This document shows positions 31,009-38,877 of a DNA stretch of 40,022 nt, piece after piece; position 1 is the first letter of the stretch, and each line of letters starts with the position of its first letter. Made by a program: the position numbers and the translations under genes. The notes beneath the pieces were generated by a model. That model worked only from the letters and a program-made list of their open reading frames with translations, had not been told where the DNA came from and did not search any database. This DNA comes from a bacterium. Lineage in GTDB: Bacteria; Patescibacteriota; Minisyncoccia; Phycocordibacterales; UBA9973. The DNA is taken from contig JBAXXQ010000001.1 in NCBI GenBank assembly GCA_037127795.1, positions 210,252 through 250,273 on the forward strand, in the 5' to 3' direction.

Positions 31009-31662
31009 TTATATTTTTTTCAAAAAAGTATCTATACGACGAGGCTGGTTGTGAGGAATAAAAGTATAAATTCCTGTCCATACAGCGAGGATCATTACCA
31101 CAATACCCATAATTTTTTGAATACGAGCACTTTTAAAATAGGTATCACGTTTTTTATGTGCGATTGATACAAGTATCATCCACCAAGTGAATACTCCAAT
31201 AAAAAATCCTATAGCACCAAAAATTCGGGCTTCATTGTTTCGAATAAGAAATGGAGAGAGGAGTAATGCTATACCACCAAAAGAAAAATATGTTGATGGG
31301 TTGGTAAGAGATAGCCATATTGTATCGAGGAAGTGATATTGCCATCGTGATATTTTTTCTGGTGTTTTAATTTCTTTTCTTCTAAACATAGAAAAGCCAT
31401 ACCAAAAAATAATAAAACTTCCTACTATTGAAACATAATGAGGAATATGTCTGTATTGGTGGTGGGGGAGGTGTATACCAAAAAGAAGTATTGTTGCAAA
31501 AATAGTATCAATAAGTGCTATAGCAGTGCCTGCGATAACTCCCGCAGAAATACCGTGATCAGCAGTGCGCTTCATGGTGAATATTCCGTTTGGTCCAAGT
31601 GGTATAGAAACAAGGAGTCCGACAAGGAATCCTTGATATAAAGATGATAGTTGTATCAACAT
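31009..31662 (-). CDS. LysE-family translocator
   Basis: GLLVSIPLGPNG, LSLTNP, multiple TM segments; start at ATG 31662. Confidence 0.85.
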   Translation of the reverse strand: MLIQLSSLYQGFLVGLLVSIPLGPNGIFTMKRTADHGISAGVIAGTAIALIDTIFATILLFGIHLPHHQYRHIPHYVSIVGSFIIFWYGFSMFRRKEIKTPEKISRWQYHFLDTIWLSLTNPSTYFSFGGIALLLSPFLIRNNEARIFGAIGFFIGVFTWWMILVSIAHKKRDTYFKSARIQKIMGIVVMILAVWTGIYTFIPHNQPRRIDTFLKKI

Positions 31663-31685
31663 GAAGATATAGTATACTACAAAAT

Positions 31686-31988
31686 ATGAAAAAACGTACT
31701 CTGATAGGAGCATTTTTTGTAGCAATACTACTGGTTTTATTACCAGTCGGGGCTTTTGCAAAGACCTCTGCAACTAAAAAAGTGGCAGTAAAAAACACTG
31801 TACAAAACAAAAAAACTGTTGCAAAAACAAAAACAGCAACTAAAAAAACTGCAACAAAATCTACTAAAAAAACAACAAAAAAGACCACAAAGAAGGGTAA
31901 GAAGAAAAAAGTTGCAAAACATAAGGATAAAATAAACACCACTATTGCACCACTGATAGATCCTAGTAATCCACCTGGTGGACAGTAG
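31686..31988 (+). CDS. Secreted Lys/Thr-rich low-complexity protein
   Basis: Signal peptide ending AFA, then KK repeats, then IDPSNPPGGQ. Confidence 0.7.
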   Translation: MKKRTLIGAFFVAILLVLLPVGAFAKTSATKKVAVKNTVQNKKTVAKTKTATKKTATKSTKKTTKKTTKKGKKKKVAKHKDKINTTIAPLIDPSNPPGGQ

Positions 31989-32009
31989 GATATAGACAAA
32001 TACAAAAGA

Positions 32010-32048
32010 ATACGGAGTTTTTCTCAAGACTTGAGAAAAACTCCGTAT
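32010..32048. repeat. Perfect 19-bp inverted repeat overlapping the tRNA promoter
   Basis: atacggagtttttctcaag-a-cttgagaaaaactccgtat. Confidence 0.85.
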
Positions 32049-32092
32049 AATGGTATATTCTCTTTTGTATTCTTCTATACGAAGATATACGT

Positions 32093-32167
32093 TCCCCTGT
32101 AGCTCAACGGTAGAGCAAAGAGCTGTTAACTCTGAGGTTATTGGTTCGAATCCAGTCGGGGGAGCCA
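32093..32167 (+). tRNA. tRNA-Asn(GTT)
   Basis: Acceptor stem tcccctg/cggggga, anticodon loop ctGTTaa, T loop ttcgaat, G73 plus CCA. Confidence 0.95.
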
Positions 32168-33718
32168 GATAGGATGAACATCAGCGAAAGCTGGTGTTTT
32201 TCCTTTTTTAGTAAGGGTTTTTCGTGGTTCGAAAATCTTTTGAGCGTCAATCTTCTCTTGAACACGCTTTGCAAGGACTTCCACTGGTTTCTTCAACAGT
32301 GGTAACACTTTTTCGTCTTTAAGAGTGAGGTTCGAAAAAATATGAGATAAAAGTAAGCGTCGCTCCTCTGGTGTACGCTTTTCGTAGATTTCTTTTGCAC
32401 GATATGCGAGGTCAAGAATGTTAAGCCAGATTTCAAAGTACTGGGTCTCTACATTTTTTATACGCGAGATTTGTTCCTGTATTTCTGCTTGCTCCTTGTT
32501 TATTTCGGACTGTTTTTTCTCCCAAATATCAGTTCCTATTTTCTGGTCTAACCTATCGTTGTATAGAACGTCCAAACGGCTCTGTAATTGCGTATAGCGA
32601 GCATTGAGAGACTTGAGTGCAGTCTCTTTGTATTCTGTTTCCTGTGCGTGGTTCTCTTTGATTTTTGCTTTAATCGCTTCTGCCTCTTGTGGTGTTATGT
32701 TCTTAAAGAACTCAAAGACACCAAAAAGCTGTTCTTCGATTTCATTCTCTGGGGTGTATGGCTTTTGGGTGCAATCGTTGTAGTGACTGCAATGATAATA
32801 CACAATACCTTTCTGTAACTCGGCAGTTATCGTACCTTTACATTCACCACATTTCATCATCTTCTTGAACTGAAAACTGTGTTTACTATACGCAGGTGCC
32901 AGATGTCCGCGTCGAACGCTTTGCGCTTTGTCAAAGAGTTCTTTGGTGATTATTGGTTCATGCTTGCCGACAGAAAGAACATCCTTCCACTTCATAGCTC
33001 CGTAATAAAACGGCTCGTTCAGCATATTTTCAATTGCACTTTTTGCTGGCTTAAATCCTGCGCGCGTACGAAAGCCCTGCTTATAGATTTCTTGTCGTAC
33101 CGCTTCCATTGAGTGGTTACCGCTCGCGTACATTTCAAAAGCTGTCTTTATGAAAGGTGCAACGTCGCTGTCAATGACATGGATTTTATGCCCCTTATCT
33201 CCAATCGTTTTGTAACCAAGCGGAGGTTTCGTAGGAAGCCAACCTTGTGCAATCTTTTCTGCTTGCCCTTTACGGACTTCTTCAGAAAGATTGGCAAGAT
33301 ACTTTTTAGCAAGAACTATCTCAATATCCCAGCGAAACTTCTCATCCGAGTTTGCGTATTTATGAAGTAGGAGATTTTGTTTAACAAAATGTATTTTGCG
33401 TTCTTTGTCAGTATCTATCCAGTCGTTGGCAAAAACAGCTTCTTTGAGATTGCGTGTGAGACGGTCAACCTTTTCAACAATAAGATTTTTGATGTCGTGC
33501 TTTTCAATAAAAGCCATCATTTCAGCAAAGACCTTTCGTTGCTTTGCTCCACTTGCACTTTCTGCAACAGAAAATACTTTTACGATTTTGAAGTCTTTGC
33601 GGTTTGAATACTCTTTAAGCAACTTCTCTTGAGAAGGTAGAGAGTATCCTGTTTCTTCTTGTTCTTTTGAAGAAACTCGGCAATATATCACACTTGTTGT
33701 TATGTCAGCATTTTTCAT
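32138..33718 (-). CDS. Large serine recombinase (resolvase, recombinase, Zn ribbon, coiled coil)
   Basis: YCRVSS, DRLTRN, PPLGY, HEPII, CGEC...YYHC...C; ends antisense inside the tRNA (WLPRLDSNQ). Confidence 0.93.
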   Translation of the reverse strand: MKNADITTSVIYCRVSSKEQEETGYSLPSQEKLLKEYSNRKDFKIVKVFSVAESASGAKQRKVFAEMMAFIEKHDIKNLIVEKVDRLTRNLKEAVFANDWIDTDKERKIHFVKQNLLLHKYANSDEKFRWDIEIVLAKKYLANLSEEVRKGQAEKIAQGWLPTKPPLGYKTIGDKGHKIHVIDSDVAPFIKTAFEMYASGNHSMEAVRQEIYKQGFRTRAGFKPAKSAIENMLNEPFYYGAMKWKDVLSVGKHEPIITKELFDKAQSVRRGHLAPAYSKHSFQFKKMMKCGECKGTITAELQKGIVYYHCSHYNDCTQKPYTPENEIEEQLFGVFEFFKNITPQEAEAIKAKIKENHAQETEYKETALKSLNARYTQLQSRLDVLYNDRLDQKIGTDIWEKKQSEINKEQAEIQEQISRIKNVETQYFEIWLNILDLAYRAKEIYEKRTPEERRLLLSHIFSNLTLKDEKVLPLLKKPVEVLAKRVQEKIDAQKIFEPRKTLTKKGKTPAFADVHPIWLPRLDSNQ

Positions 33719-33795
33719 ATTGCTATTTTAGCATTTTTAACATCTATTTATAAATCTATTTTTTAATTCTATATAGTGGGACATTATGTCTCGTA

Positions 33796-34206
33796 TTATG
33801 GGTCGCAATTGTCCCATTGTTCAGTCTTATTTGTCCCACTGTCACGTTTCGTAGACTTTGCGTGCACGCTATGGGACAATTTGTCCCATTGAATGTCTTT
33901 CCAATCGTCCAAAAAATAATACTTGTAACCTGCCCATTTTCCGTTATGTCGATATTTTTGTTTACGGATAAGTCCAAAATCTTCGAGTATGTGTATGTTT
34001 CTTTGTACACTTTTTCGAGTAATACCTAACAACTCTGCAATTTTTTCATGAGATGGAAATACTTCATCTGTAAAATCATTGCTATATCTCCTTAAAACAA
34101 CGAACATAGAAAAAACCAACGGGTGCAAATGCTTTGCCACGTTATCAACTATGCTTCTATCGAGCTTAAACCAGCCCTTATCGTTTTTATTTTTCAGCTC
34201 ATTCAT
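33796..34206 (-). CDS. HTH protein resembling a phage replication initiator N-terminus
   Basis: GWFKLDR, FPSHEKIAELLGITRKSVQRNIHILEDFGLI. Confidence 0.7.
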   Translation of the reverse strand: MNELKNKNDKGWFKLDRSIVDNVAKHLHPLVFSMFVVLRRYSNDFTDEVFPSHEKIAELLGITRKSVQRNIHILEDFGLIRKQKYRHNGKWAGYKYYFLDDWKDIQWDKLSHSVHAKSTKRDSGTNKTEQWDNCDP

Positions 34207-34221
34207 ACAGCTCTTTTTAAT

Positions 34222-34395
34222 TTATAAATCAGCACCCAACTCCACCCCGTTAGGAGCTGAAACTAACGGAGTAGAGTTGGTTTCCGATTTAAGTTTTTTC
34301 TGGTCTTCAAAATCAAACTTGGCAAGCAAGTCGAAAAACCCAGCCAAGCCAGTTATTACTTCTGTATTTATGTTTTCTTGAGTAGGGTTATTCAT
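34222..34395 (-). CDS. Small hypothetical protein (57 aa)
   Basis: MNNPTQ...LAGFFDLLAKFDFED; ATG just after the leader terminator. Confidence 0.55.
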   Translation of the reverse strand: MNNPTQENINTEVITGLAGFFDLLAKFDFEDQKKLKSETNSTPLVSAPNGVELGADL

Positions 34396-34406
34396 TGAGA
34401 CAAACG

Positions 34407-34712
34407 AAAAAAGCGACCCCAATAGGGTCGCTTTTAAGTTTTGTACTTGAGTAAACACCAAACAAATAAATCGCCCCATTGGCATTGCTACAACAATGTC
34501 GTAGCACTAACGCGATTATCACGTTAGAAGATTTATTTGTTCATGCACTTACTTAAATACACAACTGTATTTTTCAGCTCATCAAGCCAGCTCGAATGCG
34601 TCCGTCGCCGCCTACTTGGTCATCTTGTGGGTGAAGATTTTTTTGAAAAGAGCGATTTTTACTAAACCTCTCTTCACTTTCGGCAAATGACACGCCGAGT
34701 ACTTTTTTGTAC
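34407..34712 (-). ncRNA. Putative structured leader RNA ending in a terminator
   Basis: Promoter at 34719-34746 (minus); long stems whose A-C mismatches on plus are G-U pairs on minus. Confidence 0.55.
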
Positions 34713-34775
34713 TCATATATTATATCACACTTCAACTTCATTTCAAAAGAAGTAAGTTTTTGTTATAATGACTTT

Positions 34776-34970
34776 GCTGACATAACCAATAGGATACCGA
34801 AAGACTTTGCCCAAGGTCTTTTACTGCTGATTGCGTGTAGAATGCGCGTTCTCATTGAGGAAACACAATCAGCGGCTCTCGGGCTTGTTGGTTATGTCAG
34901 CACCTCTTTGGGGGCGCGCATTTTACGTTCCACTCATGGGGTTTTATTAACTAACCAATAGACCCTATGA
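34776..34970 (+). ncRNA. Putative structured leader RNA with pseudoknot or alternative pairing
   Basis: TGtTATAAT at 34761-34769; 18-bp closing stem 34776-34793/34884-34901. Confidence 0.55.
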
Positions 34971-35140
34971 AGAAGATACTAATTAAAGTTAAAGATTTTT
35001 TATATAAAGAAAGAGGTGATATTTTTAAGCTTGTTTTACTTATTTTAGTGGTAGCGGTTATATTTTTTATTCTCCAAGTTAAACCATGCAATCCTGAATA
35101 CGACGATTGCGCACCTCGCTGTTTAAAGGGTGGTTGTTAA
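34967..35140 (+). CDS. 57-aa single-TM peptide with 4-Cys tail (absent from the ORF track)
   Basis: MKKILIKVKDFLYKERGDIFKLVLLILVVAVIFFILQVKPCNPEYDDCAPRCLKGGC. Confidence 0.6.
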   Translation: MKKILIKVKDFLYKERGDIFKLVLLILVVAVIFFILQVKPCNPEYDDCAPRCLKGGC

Positions 35141-35154
35141 GTGTCATTTTTTCC

Positions 35155-35511
35155 CTATCTTTCGCTTTGTTTCGCTAAATCAGCAAGGACTTGCCCCATA
35201 GTCATTTGGGGCTCTTCGTCTTTCTCACGCTTGAGTATTTTAAGAGCAGTATAGACAGTCCTGCGGTCTGCTGCGCCTGCTGCCGTCGGTTGCATTGCCG
35301 ACTTGATAAGAGCAGCGTTTATCTTGGGCAGGAAAGCCCCTACCTGCTGCAAGAAGCCGCTTTGCAGCAGTTCTTCACGTATGAGCTCCTTCTGCACTTC
35401 CTCGATGATTTTACGCTTTGAACGGTATGTTTTGGGACGAGAAAGATTGCCTTTCACAGAGGCTTTGCGTGCGAGGTCTCTATCTTGGAATGTGTAGGTC
35501 TTATCACTCAT
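35155..35511 (-). CDS. Hypothetical protein, possibly terminase small subunit-like
   Basis: Basic N-terminus and helical INAALIKSAM..GAADRRTVY; ATGA overlap with the upstream gene. Confidence 0.45.
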   Translation of the reverse strand: MSDKTYTFQDRDLARKASVKGNLSRPKTYRSKRKIIEEVQKELIREELLQSGFLQQVGAFLPKINAALIKSAMQPTAAGAADRRTVYTALKILKREKDEEPQMTMGQVLADLAKQSER

Positions 35512-36779
35512 AATGTTTTCATTATTGCAATGACTTGTAGATTTTCTGCCAATGCTTTTTTAACTTCCGCTTCAGAAGCATCTTTGCCTTTATGAATAAC
35601 TTTGTTTCTGGTTTCTTTATAAGAAGAACACCAGTTAGTCCATAAGGGCTGGTCTTTATTTTCGAGGGTAAATCCAGTGGCTTCCCGTAATACCTCTTTA
35701 AGTCGAGTTTTTGTTTTCCAATTATCACCTGTAGCTATAAAATCTATTGCTTCTTGTTCGGTAAGACCCTTATTTTTTTGCAGCTTATCGACAAGAAAGT
35801 TTTCAATAAAAATCTCAAGACCTTGATACGACTGGACGACAGCGAGTGCGTAGTCCTTGTTGTTATAAGAGTTTTCAGCATCGAGTAAAAGCAAATTACA
35901 GAGGTCTGGTTTTTGACCCTCTTCAAGCATTTTTTCTATTGCCTCAATTTCAAACTTTGAACGGTTTATTGTAGCTGTTTCTACGTTCATTGGAAGAACA
36001 TATAAGCCCTGATTTAATTTGGTGAAATAAATCATATTTATACTCAAAGTACCTAACCTTGTTATATATTCTTGCTTGGTGGTAAACCGATAGGTGTCAA
36101 TGAGTTTGTTCACCGCATCAAGAGCTTTTTCTTTTACGGCATTTAGAACTTTTTCTGTCCGCTCCTTGTCTTTAAGGTCTTCTTCCTTTACTTCCATATT
36201 GAATTGAATGTAAAGACGAGTAAACCGAAATACTCCGTTTGTATCTTTAATCTTTTGAAGGTTAGTGCCCGTATAGTTTTGTTCCCAGCCGTCACGAGGG
36301 TCTACAGGCATTTGAGGGGTAAGAAAAACACTATCTTTTAAATAAGTAAGTCTATCATCTGCGTAAAAGTCAGCCTCATCAGAGACCTTTCCGTCTGTGG
36401 TAGCTTTTTTTGTCCAAATCTTTTTAGGTGTCAAAAGAGCTGCATCATTGGGCGCTGTTAGCAACACTTCGAGTTCGTAATCATTAGGTATGTGGAGACA
36501 ATAAGGTAAATGTGCTTCTACAAAAACATTACCGTAGTCAAAGTCTTTCATTGCGTCTTCGTTGTCATAACTGAAAAAAGGCTGAATGATAGTAATGCCA
36601 TTTCCCATGTTAGGAGAAGTTTTTTTAATTTCTTCAAGTAAAATGGCTTTTACTTCCTCTTCACCCAACTCCTTAAAACTCTCATCTATTATGCCGTTGA
36701 AGTTTATGAACTCACCAGTTAAACCTGATTTTGCCTGCATATTAACGTGGGCTGTTTTTCGCTTGTGTGGGTCTGCCAT
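35508..36779 (-). CDS. Protein with C-terminal HEPN domain
   Basis: LAVVQSYQGLEIFIE helix and RNKVIH (Rx4H). Confidence 0.7.
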   Translation of the reverse strand: MADPHKRKTAHVNMQAKSGLTGEFINFNGIIDESFKELGEEEVKAILLEEIKKTSPNMGNGITIIQPFFSYDNEDAMKDFDYGNVFVEAHLPYCLHIPNDYELEVLLTAPNDAALLTPKKIWTKKATTDGKVSDEADFYADDRLTYLKDSVFLTPQMPVDPRDGWEQNYTGTNLQKIKDTNGVFRFTRLYIQFNMEVKEEDLKDKERTEKVLNAVKEKALDAVNKLIDTYRFTTKQEYITRLGTLSINMIYFTKLNQGLYVLPMNVETATINRSKFEIEAIEKMLEEGQKPDLCNLLLLDAENSYNNKDYALAVVQSYQGLEIFIENFLVDKLQKNKGLTEQEAIDFIATGDNWKTKTRLKEVLREATGFTLENKDQPLWTNWCSSYKETRNKVIHKGKDASEAEVKKALAENLQVIAIMKTL

Positions 36780-36841
36780 AATCTTTACATTATACCATTT
36801 TTGGGCTTAATTTTTAAGTCAAAAAATGCTAAAATCCTAAA

Positions 36842-37861
36842 ATGAATAACCCCGCGAAAGATTTATTTGATACAGTAATCAAACAAGGCATAGTATACGT
36901 TGATGACCTTGTGGCTAACAAGGTTTCGGAAAACTACTACCTTGACTTTAAGCTCACCGAAAATGAAGATTACACTGGAAAAAGAAATCTTTTTGACTCA
37001 GACAAAAAGAACTACGGGAAATGTATATCAGCTTTCGGTAATAGCGAAGGAGGGGTTATTATTTGGGGTATAGAAACAGGTGCGAGTGATACTGACTATG
37101 CTATCGGAAAAAAGGCGATAAAAAATGTCTCTAACTTTTGTAGTTTACTTGAAAGTTTTACTTCACTTCTTACGTCTCCTCCGCACCCAAACGTATCCAA
37201 CAAAATAATCTTTGAGGATGAGACAAATGATACTGGATATGTTGTAAGCTATATTCCAAAATCAAACAGACGACCATTTCAAGTATTAAATAAAGATTTA
37301 AGATACTACATAAGAGCTGGTAGCAGTTCTCAACCTGCACCTGATACATTTTTGAGAGCACTCTTCGGACAAGAGCCTCAACCAAATGCGTTTATAGTTT
37401 ATGGTACTCCACCTATTGAAGTAGACCATGAAAATACTATCAAAATTAAACTTGGTATTATTATTCATAATAAAGGAGAAAATGTTGCTAAAAACCTAAA
37501 TGGATATGTATACGTCGGAGGTGAAAGTATGGCAATAGAAATAAGTCAGAGTACTCAAAATGATTTTGCCTTTAATAAAAACTCTATTTCAGGCATGAAA
37601 ATTGGTTTTGTCGCTAAACCTCATTTTATTCTTGGTATAGAGCAAGAAGTTTGTCCACTGACCATACACCTCGAACTTAAAAAAGAACTAACCGAGCACG
37701 GCATTTTAATTGAGACTTTGGTTAATTGTGATAATCAACAAACTTACAGATTTAGTAAAAGACTTGAAAAAGCACAGCTTCAAGATATTTACAAAAAATA
37801 TATTACAGACCAAAACTTTAATATAATAGAAGCAATTATTGGTAAAGGTGAAGAGGAATAA
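36842..37861 (+). CDS. Schlafen/AlbA_2 domain protein with beta-rich C-terminal domain
   Basis: SENYYLDFK, ISAFGNSEGGVIIWGI, YIPKS..RPF..YYIRAG. Confidence 0.8.
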   Translation: MNNPAKDLFDTVIKQGIVYVDDLVANKVSENYYLDFKLTENEDYTGKRNLFDSDKKNYGKCISAFGNSEGGVIIWGIETGASDTDYAIGKKAIKNVSNFCSLLESFTSLLTSPPHPNVSNKIIFEDETNDTGYVVSYIPKSNRRPFQVLNKDLRYYIRAGSSSQPAPDTFLRALFGQEPQPNAFIVYGTPPIEVDHENTIKIKLGIIIHNKGENVAKNLNGYVYVGGESMAIEISQSTQNDFAFNKNSISGMKIGFVAKPHFILGIEQEVCPLTIHLELKKELTEHGILIETLVNCDNQQTYRFSKRLEKAQLQDIYKKYITDQNFNIIEAIIGKGEEE

Positions 37862-37869
37862 AAGTATCT

Positions 37870-38625
37870 ATGACAACTCAATTTGTAAAATCACTATCAG
37901 TCATAGATAAATACGCAAAAGAATTAAAGCCCCCAGAAGTAAGAGAGCTCAATCTTGTAAATCTTACACTTAATGAAATTAGAGTTTATTTAGGTTTTTT
38001 GGATATTATTTTTGATAGATATCTTGAAACTGGAATTGAGTGGCAAAAAGTAAGCAAAGAACTCCAAACTTCTCTACAAGGGAAAGAAGGAACAATGTCT
38101 GATGAGCAAATGACACTGTTTAATAGAAGTGGTGAATTGAGCAGTCGAATGCGCCTTGAAATAGAAAGCTTCTTTTTGTTTTGCCATATATTCCTAAATA
38201 AAATGACTAACTATCCTCAAATGTACTTCTCTCATAATTACAAAAGAGGTATAACATGTGGCTCTCACCATAAGTTTTGGAACTCGGTAAACAACAAGCA
38301 TTATTTTGACCCTATTAACGAAGAATTAAAAGAAAAAGCAGAGTGGCTTCAAGAAAAAGTTATTGGTCACAGAGACCACTTGATAACGCATACTCTTGAA
38401 AAAGAGCAGGACGCAAGAATGCTCATAAAAGGACTTTCTTTCTACCAAGAAGGAAAAGGGTTCAGTACAATGTCTACAACTCTTTATCCTGATGAAAAAG
38501 TAAATGGTCAGACAAATAGCGTACCTATTGAAGAAATCATCCCAAACATTGAAAGATACACTGAACTTTTCTTTGAGTTTTTGGAGCAAAATAAAGACAA
38601 GTCAATTTTCGCCCAAGAAACATGA
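37870..38625 (+). CDS. Predicted HEPN (Cthe_2314-like) protein
   Basis: IESFFLFCHIFLNKM helix and RDHLITH (Rx5H). Confidence 0.55.
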   Translation: MTTQFVKSLSVIDKYAKELKPPEVRELNLVNLTLNEIRVYLGFLDIIFDRYLETGIEWQKVSKELQTSLQGKEGTMSDEQMTLFNRSGELSSRMRLEIESFFLFCHIFLNKMTNYPQMYFSHNYKRGITCGSHHKFWNSVNNKHYFDPINEELKEKAEWLQEKVIGHRDHLITHTLEKEQDARMLIKGLSFYQEGKGFSTMSTTLYPDEKVNGQTNSVPIEEIIPNIERYTELFFEFLEQNKDKSIFAQET

Positions 38626-38731
38626 TATCACCCTAACTTACCAATGCTTTGATTTCGCCTAAACTTATAGTTGGATATGGGTACTCTGTTGCCCAATCTA
38701 TCGTTCGAAAATCGTCTGCCAGTGCGAGCAA

Positions 38732-38775
38732 AATGAAAAAAGTCTGCTATACAACATAGCGGGCTTTTTTCATTT
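38732..38775 (+). terminator. Terminator; probably the original tRNA-Asn terminator displaced by the island
   Basis: aatgaaaaaagtctgctat-acaac-atagcgggcttttttcatt, directly after the right GAGC core. Confidence 0.65.
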
Positions 38776-38877
38776 CTACTCTCTTGTCCTGATTCGAACC
38801 GCGGGCGATCAGTAGGTCGTGTCGGTGTATGTAAGGGCAGGGTTCGAAGATAAGTGCGAAAAATGATATAATTTACT

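Larger units (their letters stand above)
32166..38729. mobile_element. 6564-bp integrative, satellite-like defence island at the tRNA-Asn 3' end
   Basis: Serine recombinase abuts the tRNA; GAGC core at 32162-32165 and 38726-38729; the reconstructed empty site gives intact tRNA stems plus a terminator. Confidence 0.8.

Noticed and set aside
32144-32156. Crossover in the T loop or at ccagt
   Set aside because: The reconstructed empty site would break the T stem or the acceptor stem
32227-32237. 11-bp direct repeat gttcgaaaatc, also at 38703-38713, as the att core
   Set aside because: The GAGC crossover better explains the in-frame distal tail, the 5-bp motif shift and the tRNA-terminator junction; not formally excluded
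34707-34961. 84-aa ORF in the island control region
   Set aside because: TTG start upstream of the predicted promoter; overlaps the structured RNA; no protein features
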